A stretch of DNA of 32,191 nucleotides from positions 1-32,191 of IMG/VR virus record IMGVR_UViG_3300044715_000401, one strand, 5' to 3'. The position numbers and the translations under genes were made by a program. Origin of the DNA: a virus (Duplodnaviria > Caudoviricetes). Numbering within the stretch: the stretch's first letter is position 1; the number at the start of each line of letters is the position of its first letter. Of the stretch, positions 17,889 to 26,192 are shown one piece after another. Under the pieces are notes generated by a model, which was not told the origin of the DNA, made no database searches, and saw nothing but the letters and a program-made list of their open reading frames with translations.

Positions 17889-18032
17889 ATGATCAACATC
17901 AACTATGACCTGCTAAACTGCTTCCTGCGCTGCCGTCAGGTCAACGGCATTCCCACCGCAGTCGACATTCTCACACGCATCGCTAAGACCAAGACCACGA
18001 CCTTCGTGCCACCCGGCTGGAAATGGCGATGA
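17889..18032 (+). CDS. Hypothetical protein, 47 aa
   Basis: ACAACAAACTATG leader, MININYDLLNCFLRCRQ...GWKWR. Confidence 0.5.
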   Translation: MININYDLLNCFLRCRQVNGIPTAVDILTRIAKTKTTTFVPPGWKWR

Positions 18033-18038
18033 TTGTTG

Positions 18039-18046
18039 TATATTTG
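18039..18046 (+). promoter_or_regulatory. TATATTTG -7-type promoter element for the primase-helicase gene
   Basis: Intergenic match about 100 nt upstream of ATG 18148. Confidence 0.65.
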
Positions 18047-18051
18047 TATAA

Positions 18052-18145
18052 GTAAGTAGTAGCCCATACTTACATATATTCCGAAAACATTTATCACCCA
18101 AGTGGGAGGAGAGGGGCTACTCTTCACCTGCTTGGGTTCTTTATT
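18052..18145 (+). promoter_or_regulatory. Two-hairpin kissing-loop RNA leader
   Basis: Hairpin 1 (18052-18073) has loop GTAGCCCA. Hairpin 2 (18096-18137) has apex GGGCTAC, complementary to GTAGCCC. U-rich tail follows. Confidence 0.7.
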
Positions 18146-18147
18146 CT

Positions 18148-20529
18148 ATGACCAAACTATCCATATTCGCCACAGTAACGCAAACAAACGTAGGCAAGGA
18201 AATATCAATGCTCGATGCATTTGAACGCATACGCACCAATCCAAAGCAACGTGAACTCATACAAGAGATTCGGGGCATAAAAGACAAGAAGCAACAAGAC
18301 CTACTCAAGAAACGCCTACCAGTCTATACATGGTCAGGAATATTCTCTCAACGCAACGCAGCATCTATCCAAGAGCATTCAGGACTCATATGCCTTGACT
18401 TCGATGAGGAGAAACTTGAGAACATCATGCGAAAGCCTGAGTTCATACTTTGCTGCTTCCTATCACCACGTGGAACCGGATACAAGGTGATTATACGCAT
18501 ACCTCCAAGCATTGAAGAACATGGTGAATACTTTGATTCACTCAAGGACTACTTCGACTTGCCTACATTGGATATCAAAGCTAAGGACATCAGCCGTGCT
18601 TGCTTTGATTCATATGATCCCAATATCTACATCAATCTCAATGCACAGGTATTTCTTAGCAAGTCAGTCATAACACATATCGTTGACAAGAAACAAGAAA
18701 CCACATCACTGGCATTCACCTGCGAGGACCCCGATAGAATTATGAGGTATGTCCTCAAAGGCATCGAGAAGTCAGCAAGCTTCCGTGATGGGCGCAATAA
18801 CTTCATCCATCTGTTAGCATCGGACCTTAATCGCTTCGGCATACCTGAATCACAAGCCTATCAGTTCTGCTGCCAGTACCAAGAGAAGGACTTCACCACA
18901 AACGAGATAGAAACAACAGTCAGGAGTGCATACAAACGCATAAACGAGTTCGACACCAAGCGTATGATAGATAAAGAGCCTATCCACTACGCTCGCACAC
19001 AACTACACCAAAGCAAACCATCATACGAGATACAGAAGGACCTTGAAACGAAGTACGGCATCAATCCAGCCAAAGCTAATCACATAATAGACGAGGCTTC
19101 CAAGAACGCAGATGACATCTTCTGGACCGAATACAAGCGTGACGGTAAACCATATTTCAAGATTGACAAGCAGCTCTTGAGAGACTTCTATGTGAAGAAC
19201 GGAATACACCGATACAAACTCAACAACCAAACGTGGATGATTGTGCAGGTCCTCAACGGTATTGTCAAAGAGATAACTATCGACAACATCAGAGACATAA
19301 TCCGAGAGCATTTCGAGAAACTTCCAAAGGAAATCGATGGGACTCGCAAGTCAATAATTCAGCAAGCCATCGAAGACCAACTCGATGCCAACTACCTCAA
19401 ACCTGAGAAGATTGCGTGGCTGCCATACCTCGACATAAATTGGCAGAAAGATGACCGTAGAACTGCGTACTTCTACTTCCAAAACAAAGCACTTGAAATC
19501 ACCGGGCAATCCCTCAAGGAAATTGAATACATCAACCTGCCCAACTGTATATGGCAGGATCAAATCATTCCAAGAGACTTTCATACCGTCACCGACTTAG
19601 ATTTCAATCATAACGAGTTCCTGCAATTCATAGACCTCATAGGGTGCGCTGGGCAGGACTGCGACAACTTTCAAATGCTCTGCAATACCATAGGCTATAT
19701 TCTACATTCGTACAAGGACCCATCTAATCCGAAGGCAATCATTCTTACCGATGAAGTCATCAGCGACAATCCTGAAGGAGGGATCGGTAAAGGCGTATTC
19801 ATCAAAGGCATAGCACACATCAAGAACCTCATCACATTTGACGGCAAGAACTGGTCATGGAATAAGTCATTCCTATTCCAACGTATACAACTATCAACTC
19901 AAGTGATGGTATGGGAGGACGTAAGTAAGTCATTTAATTTTGAGAAGCTATTCTCAATCATCACCGAAGGAGTCGAGGTCGAAAAGAAAAACAAAGACAC
20001 CTTCAAAATAGAATATCCCGATTCGCCAAAGGTCATGCTCACCAGCAACTATGTGGTTAATGGGCAAGGAGCAAGCCATGATAGGCGCAGGCATGAGATA
20101 GAACTCAAGCAGTTCTTCTCACCGAAGTACACACCAAGAGACCACTTCGGTCATAATCTGTACGATGATTGGGATCAGTACCAGTGGCAACTGTTCGATA
20201 ATTTCATGATGTCCTGCGTTCATGACTACCTGCGTGACGGATTGGTACGCACCAAACCAAATAATCTAAACTTTAAAAAGCTATTGAATACCGTGCCTGA
20301 AGAGTTCATCAACTGGTACAATGACTTCATCCCGGTGCATGAATTGTTAAAATGCAGCGAAAAAACTGACGAATTCAAGGCAGCGTTCCCAGATCATTAC
20401 AAGATTTCAGTCAAGCAGTTCACCAAGTGGTTGGCTGAGGTTTCCAAATACAATGGGCAGGAATTAGAAAAAAAGCACCTCAGTTCGGGTACTTGGGTCA
20501 GAATTACGGTAAAAAGTGAAGGAAACTGA
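18148..20529 (+). CDS. Primase-helicase (VirE-N/BT4734-like primase, PriCT-like domain, SF3-type helicase)
   Basis: SGLICLDFD, FLSPRGTGYKV, DISRACFDSYDP (VirE-N); DGRNNF (PriCT); Walker A EGGIGKG, VWED and MLTSN (helicase). Confidence 0.85.
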   Translation: MTKLSIFATVTQTNVGKEISMLDAFERIRTNPKQRELIQEIRGIKDKKQQDLLKKRLPVYTWSGIFSQRNAASIQEHSGLICLDFDEEKLENIMRKPEFILCCFLSPRGTGYKVIIRIPPSIEEHGEYFDSLKDYFDLPTLDIKAKDISRACFDSYDPNIYINLNAQVFLSKSVITHIVDKKQETTSLAFTCEDPDRIMRYVLKGIEKSASFRDGRNNFIHLLASDLNRFGIPESQAYQFCCQYQEKDFTTNEIETTVRSAYKRINEFDTKRMIDKEPIHYARTQLHQSKPSYEIQKDLETKYGINPAKANHIIDEASKNADDIFWTEYKRDGKPYFKIDKQLLRDFYVKNGIHRYKLNNQTWMIVQVLNGIVKEITIDNIRDIIREHFEKLPKEIDGTRKSIIQQAIEDQLDANYLKPEKIAWLPYLDINWQKDDRRTAYFYFQNKALEITGQSLKEIEYINLPNCIWQDQIIPRDFHTVTDLDFNHNEFLQFIDLIGCAGQDCDNFQMLCNTIGYILHSYKDPSNPKAIILTDEVISDNPEGGIGKGVFIKGIAHIKNLITFDGKNWSWNKSFLFQRIQLSTQVMVWEDVSKSFNFEKLFSIITEGVEVEKKNKDTFKIEYPDSPKVMLTSNYVVNGQGASHDRRRHEIELKQFFSPKYTPRDHFGHNLYDDWDQYQWQLFDNFMMSCVHDYLRDGLVRTKPNNLNFKKLLNTVPEEFINWYNDFIPVHELLKCSEKTDEFKAAFPDHYKISVKQFTKWLAEVSKYNGQELEKKHLSSGTWVRITVKSEGN

Positions 20530-20790
20530 CACGAAATGAAGGAACTTTTTTTTTTGCTTCACTATTCAAAGCAATGATTATCAGTATAGTTATAATGGTT
20601 AGTGAAGGAGTGAAGGAAGGGTTTTATCTTTTTCTTTTATTTTTATTATGTTTTTACGAAACCCTTTTTTCCGTGAAGTTGGAAAAGTTTCCTTCACTCC
20701 TTCATACTTATTCTTTATCAATCACTTATGTGATTGTGTTCCTTCATTTTATTTCATTCTTCTTCACTGATGAAGAATTAATGAAGTTTC
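20516..20790. repeat. Putative replication origin: TGAAG(GA) iterons in nested inverted orientation, AT-rich
   Basis: TGAAGGAGTGAAGGAA (20603-20618) has a perfect inverse at 20689-20704. AAATGAAGGAAC (20534-20545) has a perfect inverse at 20738-20749. T-rich core. Confidence 0.7.
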
Positions 20791-20851
20791 TACTAAGTGC
20801 TTGGACCAATCGAATCGTTTACGATATTTAACGGCTTAACTAATTTCAAAC

Positions 20852-21091
20852 ATGGATCAGAAGGATAACTCAGGCGCACTGTTCGCCAACAAGAAGAAAC
20901 AACAAGAAACACACCCGGACTATACTGGCAAGTGCATGGTCAACGGTGAAGCGATGGAACTCAGTGCATGGGTTAAGACATCGAAGGCTGGCGAGAAATA
21001 CTTGTCAGTCGCTTTTAAAAAGCCGTACAACGCCAATACAAGCCCTCAGGCGAACGTTCTACACGTTGGCGGTAGTGACCTACCATTCTAA
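20852..21091 (+). CDS. Small SSB-like protein (DUF736-like)
   Basis: NSGALF...HPDYTG...LSAW...GEKYLS pattern and the SSB-type C-terminal tail DLPF. Confidence 0.75.
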   Translation: MDQKDNSGALFANKKKQQETHPDYTGKCMVNGEAMELSAWVKTSKAGEKYLSVAFKKPYNANTSPQANVLHVGGSDLPF

Positions 21092-21152
21092 GACGAAAGT
21101 GTCTTAAAACGCTCCGTAAAGCGAAATTCGTTCATAGTTAGTTTGTTGTCTG

Positions 21153-21185
21153 AAGGGGAGGAGTTGTTGCCTCCCCTTATTTATC
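21153..21185 (+). terminator. Rho-independent terminator
   Basis: AAGGGGAGG (21153-21161) / CCTCCCCTT (21170-21178) followed by ATTTAT. Confidence 0.7.
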
Positions 21186-21194
21186 TTAAACACA

Positions 21195-21362
21195 ATGAAA
21201 TACGAGATCTACAAGGATAAACAAGGACTCTGGCGGTGGCGTGTCATCGCTCGCAATGGTCGAATCATAGCAGAGTCGGGCGAAGGATATACACGCAAGA
21301 CCAGATGCTTGGATGGATTGCACTGTTTAATTGAAGGGATATGGACCGGAGAATTAGCGTAA
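21195..21362 (+). CDS. YegP / DUF1508 family protein, 55 aa
   Basis: MKYEIYKDKQGLWRWRVIARNGRIIAESGEGY matches the family signature. Missed by the ORF track. Confidence 0.85.
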   Translation: MKYEIYKDKQGLWRWRVIARNGRIIAESGEGYTRKTRCLDGLHCLIEGIWTGELA

Positions 21363-21997
21363 TCCACCCCAGCTTCGGAAGGTCCGAGCAGGCACTATTC
21401 TGCCACAATGCTTGGGTCATGGCTGAGACGAACTACGATGAGATTGAGTGGATCATCAGCCTATCTTCGAACGACCCGGATGTCGATGACTACTACCGGG
21501 TCTTCGACAATGAGCCAGTGACAATCATCGTGGGCGATTCGATCAACATGGTGCAGGCGAGCAACGCTGCTGCCGAGCGTAGTCATGGCGATATCTTGGT
21601 GCTGGTGTCTGATGATATGTTTCCAACGCTTGGCTGGGATACCAAACTCATTGAACGCTTCGATGACTATGGCGATGAGCCAGTGGTGTTGCAGGTCTTC
21701 GATGGTATCCGCAGTGACATCGTGACTCTACCAATTATGAACCGACTGGCGTATGAGAAGCTTGGGTACTTATATCATCCTGCCTACATCTCGATGTTCG
21801 CAGACAATGACCTCGCTGAGACCGCACGAAAGCACGGATTCTACCGAGTGGATAAGAACTTGGAGTTTGACCATAGGCACTACACGGTAGGCAAGAGCAA
21901 ACTTGACAAGACCTACCAGAAGGAGAATAGCAAGATTGCGTGGGATCATGGGCAACGAGTGTTTGAACATCGCAAGCGCAATGGCTTCCCCATCTAA
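21341..21997 (+). CDS. GT2-like glycosyltransferase
   Basis: ISVIHPSFGR N-terminus, ASNAAA..GDILVLVSDDM, and GYLYHPAY..MFADND. Confidence 0.85.
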   Translation: MDRRISVIHPSFGRSEQALFCHNAWVMAETNYDEIEWIISLSSNDPDVDDYYRVFDNEPVTIIVGDSINMVQASNAAAERSHGDILVLVSDDMFPTLGWDTKLIERFDDYGDEPVVLQVFDGIRSDIVTLPIMNRLAYEKLGYLYHPAYISMFADNDLAETARKHGFYRVDKNLEFDHRHYTVGKSKLDKTYQKENSKIAWDHGQRVFEHRKRNGFPI

Positions 21998-22559
21998 GGC
22001 ACTCTGGACTATCTTCATCCTGACCATCAATGGCAGGGAGAAATTCCTGCAACGGCTAAGAGGATTGCTTGACCCACAACTTACGCATCTCGTTGATGTG
22101 GTGGTGTTGAAGGATAATCGTGAGTTCTCGATTGGCGAGAAGCGACAGTATGCAGTTGACAACTGTACCACGAAATACATTGCGTTCATTGATGATGACG
22201 ATATCATTGCAGGTAGTTATGTTGACAAGATTCTATACTGGTTGAAGCGTGATGCTTATGGTGTTGGCTTCAGAGGAATCATCACCACGAATGGAATGAT
22301 ACCCTACGAGTTCATCCATAAGGCAGGACTGACTTATTCAGAGAAGCCAGTGAGGTATGATGGTGCGATGAGATACACAAGACCACTGAATCATCTCAAC
22401 CCAGTGATGACGAGTATCGCAAAGGAGATTGGATACAAGCCTATCAGCATGGGCGAGGACCGAGACTATTCAATGCGATTGGCTGAGTCAGGACTGGTCA
22501 AGGATGATTGCCTTGTGAATGATTATCTTTACTTCTACCAATACATAAGCAAGAAGTAA
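21981..22559 (+). CDS. GT2-like glycosyltransferase
   Basis: WTIFILTINGR, SIGEKRQ, YIAFIDDDD and GEDRDY motifs. ATG 21981 is more plausible than 21903. Confidence 0.85.
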   Translation: MASPSKALWTIFILTINGREKFLQRLRGLLDPQLTHLVDVVVLKDNREFSIGEKRQYAVDNCTTKYIAFIDDDDIIAGSYVDKILYWLKRDAYGVGFRGIITTNGMIPYEFIHKAGLTYSEKPVRYDGAMRYTRPLNHLNPVMTSIAKEIGYKPISMGEDRDYSMRLAESGLVKDDCLVNDYLYFYQYISKK

Positions 22560-22867
22560 TGGCAACATACGATGACTACCCTCAAGCTATAAGCGATGAG
22601 GCTGAACGAGGAATCCGATTGAACGCTGAGATCAACAACCGATGCGCTACGCAGGTCGGCAAGATACGAGCGCAGCAACTGGCGAACCGGGAGACTATCA
22701 CAACGGAGACGGTGAAGCGTATGTACTCATACTTGAGCAGAGCAGCCGAATACTATGAGCCGGGCGATACTACTGCGTGCGGAACGATATCATACTTGCT
22801 TTGGGGCGGCGAGCCTGCGCTACGATGGGCAGAGAGGGTGCTGCGTGAAGAAGGCGAAATAGAATAG
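22559..22867 (+). CDS. Phage protein, possibly head-morphogenesis associated
   Basis: ATQVGKIRAQQLA..TVKRMYSYLSR..ISYLLWGG resembles a domain I associate with phage head modules. Function unknown. Confidence 0.6.
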   Translation: MATYDDYPQAISDEAERGIRLNAEINNRCATQVGKIRAQQLANRETITTETVKRMYSYLSRAAEYYEPGDTTACGTISYLLWGGEPALRWAERVLREEGEIE

Positions 22868-22875
22868 TATATTTG
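22868..22875 (+). promoter_or_regulatory. TATATTTG -7-type promoter element for the terminase operon
   Basis: Intergenic, 4 nt before ATG 22880. Confidence 0.65.
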
Positions 22876-22879
22876 TAGT

Positions 22880-23011
22880 ATGCCATTCAAATCAAAAGCA
22901 CAGCGAGCGTTTCTATACGCAAGTAATCCGAAGGTCGCAAAGGAGTTCGCTAAGAAGACATCGCCAAAGCAGATGAAGTCTCTGCCTGCTAAAGTCAAGA
23001 AGAAGAAATGA
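22880..23011 (+). CDS. Small basic protein, 43 aa (MPFKSKAQRAFLYASNP...)
   Basis: Follows the promoter element, Lys-rich, ATGA overlap into the next gene. Confidence 0.7.
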   Translation: MPFKSKAQRAFLYASNPKVAKEFAKKTSPKQMKSLPAKVKKKK

Positions 23012-23205
23012 AGCTGAAGGAAAAGATAGAACGAGTGCTGAACGAGTACGATGAGTACCAGATGAGGCGAGACTTGGCTGAACTCAGTCCTGGCGAGCGA
23101 CTCAAGATGCTGGCTACACTTGCTGAGTACATTACTCCCAAGATGAATCGTCAGGAGATCAAGCCGGATGACGGTACTATTAATATCAGGATTGTCCGTG
23201 ACTGA
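23008..23205 (+). CDS. Putative terminase small subunit (short)
   Basis: Directly upstream of and overlapping the large terminase. Helical ERLKMLATLAEYITPK followed by a terminal beta strand (INIRIVR). Confidence 0.55.
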   Translation: MKLKEKIERVLNEYDEYQMRRDLAELSPGERLKMLATLAEYITPKMNRQEIKPDDGTINIRIVRD

Positions 23206-24421
23206 TATCGAGGTCAAGCTCAAGCGACTGCATAGTGGGCAAGAGAAGGTGCTTGGAGATGCGAGTCGCTACAACGTGCTGAAGATTGGCAGGCGATGGG
23301 GTAAGACCACGCTTGCGGTGAATGAACTGCTTCCTCAGGTTGCGCTTGACGGCAAGCCGTGTGCGTACTATGCTCCCACGTATAAGGACCTGCATGATGT
23401 ATGGCTTGAACTCAAGTACACGCTCAAGCCAATCATCGAGACGAAGAACGAACAGACCAAGCAGATGCGTCTGATCACTGGTGGCATTATCGACTTCTGG
23501 TCGATGGACGAACCGGACTCAGGGCGAGGTCGCAAGTATGCGAGGGTAGTCATCGATGAGGCTGAGAAGGCGAAGAAGTTCAGGGAGGCGTGGACGCAGA
23601 CAATCATGGCTACACTGCTGGACTTCAAGGGCGATGCGTGGATTCTCAGCACACCGAAGTTCGGCAGGACATTTTTCAAGGAACTGTTCGCAAAGGATGA
23701 TACGAGTTGGTCATCGTTCAACTTATCAACTTACGATAATCCGCATATCAGTCATGAAGAGGTTGACCATCTGCGTGAGCAGTTGGATGAGCTGACCTTC
23801 CGGTGCGAGATACTGGCGGAAGATGTTGACCTTGCGAACAATCCATTCGCTTATGCTTTCGATGAAGCCAAGCACGTGACATCGGTCAACTTCGACCAGC
23901 TCCATCATCTGTATCTGAGCTTCGACTTCAACGTGGACCCGATCACCTGCATCGCAGTTCAACACATCAATGGTTGCATCAACGTGGTGCAGGAGTTCGC
24001 ATTACGGAACTCTGATATCTATCAACTCTGCGACAGTATCATCGCAGCGTTCCCGAAGGCGAGCTTCATCGTCACTGGCGATGCGACTGGGGCGAATCGG
24101 TCAGCGTTGACAAGTGGCAACACCGGGTACTATGATGTGGTATCTACTCGCTTGCATCTTGGTAGGGCGCAGATGCGCCAGCCATCGGTGAATCCGAGTA
24201 TCAGGGATACGAGGGTCTTGGTCAACTCGCTACTTCAGAACTATGCCGTGCGGATTGATTCCTCCTGCAAGGGATTAATAACAGACCTCAAGTACGTGGA
24301 GGTGGACGAGGATGGTGATATCATCAAGGACCGAAGCACTGACCTGCGAAAGGCTGACTTGCTGGACTGTTGGCGGTATTACTGTCATAGTTTTCATCGA
24401 GATTGGATTCGCTTTTTGTGA
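23198..24421 (+). CDS. terL: Terminase large subunit
   Basis: LHSGQ, Walker A GRRWGKT, Walker B VVIDEA, LSTP, nuclease SFDFNVDP and DLLDCWRY. GTG 23198 is the likely start. Confidence 0.93.
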   Translation: MTDIEVKLKRLHSGQEKVLGDASRYNVLKIGRRWGKTTLAVNELLPQVALDGKPCAYYAPTYKDLHDVWLELKYTLKPIIETKNEQTKQMRLITGGIIDFWSMDEPDSGRGRKYARVVIDEAEKAKKFREAWTQTIMATLLDFKGDAWILSTPKFGRTFFKELFAKDDTSWSSFNLSTYDNPHISHEEVDHLREQLDELTFRCEILAEDVDLANNPFAYAFDEAKHVTSVNFDQLHHLYLSFDFNVDPITCIAVQHINGCINVVQEFALRNSDIYQLCDSIIAAFPKASFIVTGDATGANRSALTSGNTGYYDVVSTRLHLGRAQMRQPSVNPSIRDTRVLVNSLLQNYAVRIDSSCKGLITDLKYVEVDEDGDIIKDRSTDLRKADLLDCWRYYCHSFHRDWIRFL

Positions 24422-24423
24422 TG

Positions 24424-24431
24424 TATATTTG
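24424..24431 (+). promoter_or_regulatory. TATATTTG -7-type promoter element for the tail operon
   Basis: Intergenic, 5 nt before ATG 24437. Confidence 0.65.
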
Positions 24432-24436
24432 TAATC

Positions 24437-25090
24437 ATGGCAACGAGCTACAACTGCACAATCAAGATTCCAATCATTAGCACTTGGACTAACTCAGGAT
24501 ACTACTTGTGGAAGCAAATTACCTCAGGTTCTGGCAGTGGTTATAGTAGTCTGACTGCACTGCTCGATGACATAGTAGTCACGCTTGACACTACCTACTC
24601 AGCGACTACTACATACACGCAACAGTTGATAGGCACATACATATACATCACGGTGAGGATTCGTGATATGGGCATCGACCCTGCGGTGAGTGCTGATGAC
24701 TTGGTTGCGTTGAGTCTGCTGGATGATGACGGTGGAACCTTCACTGGTGCATTCGAAGCCGTTGAGGTATGTAACGATTGCAGGGATGTCAACATAGCCA
24801 ACTGCGATGAGAATTTTGATTTGAGTGGTCTCAACGCAGAGAGTCCCTATAAGCTTGTGTTCACCGATAACCAAAGCAACGTGCAGTATACATACTTCGA
24901 TTCGACAAACGAAGAGGGAATCATCACGATTGACACAACGAACTTTCCCGATGGCGTATTCAATCCGTACTCAACATATACAGTGAGCATCTATGATAAT
25001 GCAGGCAATCCAATGGTCTTGTCAATGGATGCGGTAGAGTATGATTGCTACCGTCTCACGTTCACACCTAACACAGTAGTATTCGACTAA
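24437..25090 (+). CDS. Putative virion structural protein
   Basis: 217 aa, Thr/Asp-rich and beta-rich, first gene of the tail operon. Confidence 0.5.
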   Translation: MATSYNCTIKIPIISTWTNSGYYLWKQITSGSGSGYSSLTALLDDIVVTLDTTYSATTTYTQQLIGTYIYITVRIRDMGIDPAVSADDLVALSLLDDDGGTFTGAFEAVEVCNDCRDVNIANCDENFDLSGLNAESPYKLVFTDNQSNVQYTYFDSTNEEGIITIDTTNFPDGVFNPYSTYTVSIYDNAGNPMVLSMDAVEYDCYRLTFTPNTVVFD

Positions 25091-25371
25091 TGATGGACAC
25101 ACTCATATTCTTAATCATCAACTCGCTATTCATTAACGGACTCAAGATTGCGATGGAGGAAGGCATGATACTTGAATGGCTTGGTAAGTGGGGAGAGAAG
25201 TGGCTTGGCTACTTATGGATGCCATTAGGCGGATGTGTTACGTGCATGGCTTCGGTGTACTCGATACCATACTGGATTACATTCGACTGGAACATAGCGA
25301 TGCTCATCATGTATATCCCTGCATTGGCTGCGGTGAATACAATCATATACAACAAGTTCTTCAGTGAGTGA
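25090..25371 (+). CDS. Small membrane protein with CxxC (DUF1360-like)
   Basis: Three hydrophobic segments and PLGGCVTCMASVY. Confidence 0.55.
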   Translation: MMDTLIFLIINSLFINGLKIAMEEGMILEWLGKWGEKWLGYLWMPLGGCVTCMASVYSIPYWITFDWNIAMLIMYIPALAAVNTIIYNKFFSE

Positions 25372-25609
25372 ACTCAACGCATACCTCGTAGGCATCGGGT
25401 ACTATCCGCTGGGGCGTTGTGCCTGCAAGGGCAAGCCGTTCAGGTGGAAGAACCGTCAGGGTCACGAGGTGAAGCACTATAAGGATAACAACTGGCAGCT
25501 CATTGTCGGTGGAATAGTAAGATATGGAAAAATTGAAACTGCGATTGACGAGATTAAAGACTACTATCAGCAACTGGTGGGCGAAGCTCATCACGAAGCT
25601 GGGGCATAA
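25364..25609 (+). CDS. Hypothetical protein
   Basis: 81 aa bridging two genes, contains GRCACKG. Confidence 0.5.
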   Translation: MSELNAYLVGIGYYPLGRCACKGKPFRWKNRQGHEVKHYKDNNWQLIVGGIVRYGKIETAIDEIKDYYQQLVGEAHHEAGA

Positions 25610-26192
25610 ACCTATATGGCAACTGGAGGAGGGTCATGTCATTGAGCCTGCGTTCATCAGTGGAGGAGTGCAATACTATCGTCTGAAGGATTACTTCAAC
25701 ACCTTCTCGATGCGTGGACTGATGGCGTTGCAGGTGTACGAGGAGTGGAACATGAGATTCCAGCGTGAGCATCTGGTAGCTTTCATCGAATCGATGGAGA
25801 AGGTCACCAATGACCCGAAGAGTATTAAGATTGGCGAGATCATCAAGTTGGTTGCGATGATGAAAGAAAGGATGGAGTGGATAGTGCCAACGAGTGAAAT
25901 CATATATAAATTTGCATCAGTAGCGTTCTTCGACAAGAATGAATCACCGTATAGCTATGATCCTGAATATTGCAAGGAGAAGATAGCTCGCTGGAAGGAG
26001 GCAGCAGACATTAGCGATTTTTTTATCGTGATGCAGCTCAAGGATATGCTGCCCTTGCCAACGCTATCAGAGCAAGATTTGCGGATCTGTTTGACGGTAA
26101 TCGACAAGATGGAGGAACTCCAATTGAACAAAGTGCTGGGCAAAAACTCGCCAAGCAAAACGAAGATGGATTCATCCAGCGTACCCTCTTGA
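25524..26192 (+). CDS. Putative tail assembly chaperone (gpG-like)
   Basis: Contains an in-frame slippery heptamer T TTT TTT (26018-26024) with an open -1 frame. Confidence 0.65.
   Translation: MEKLKLRLTRLKTTISNWWAKLITKLGHKPIWQLEEGHVIEPAFISGGVQYYRLKDYFNTFSMRGLMALQVYEEWNMRFQREHLVAFIESMEKVTNDPKSIKIGEIIKLVAMMKERMEWIVPTSEIIYKFASVAFFDKNESPYSYDPEYCKEKIARWKEAADISDFFIVMQLKDMLPLPTLSEQDLRICLTVIDKMEELQLNKVLGKNSPSKTKMDSSSVPS

Noticed and set aside
20574-20831. 85-aa hydrophobic ORF
   Set aside because: It runs through the iteron and T-rich origin region, and its hydrophobicity is a by-product of the T runs.
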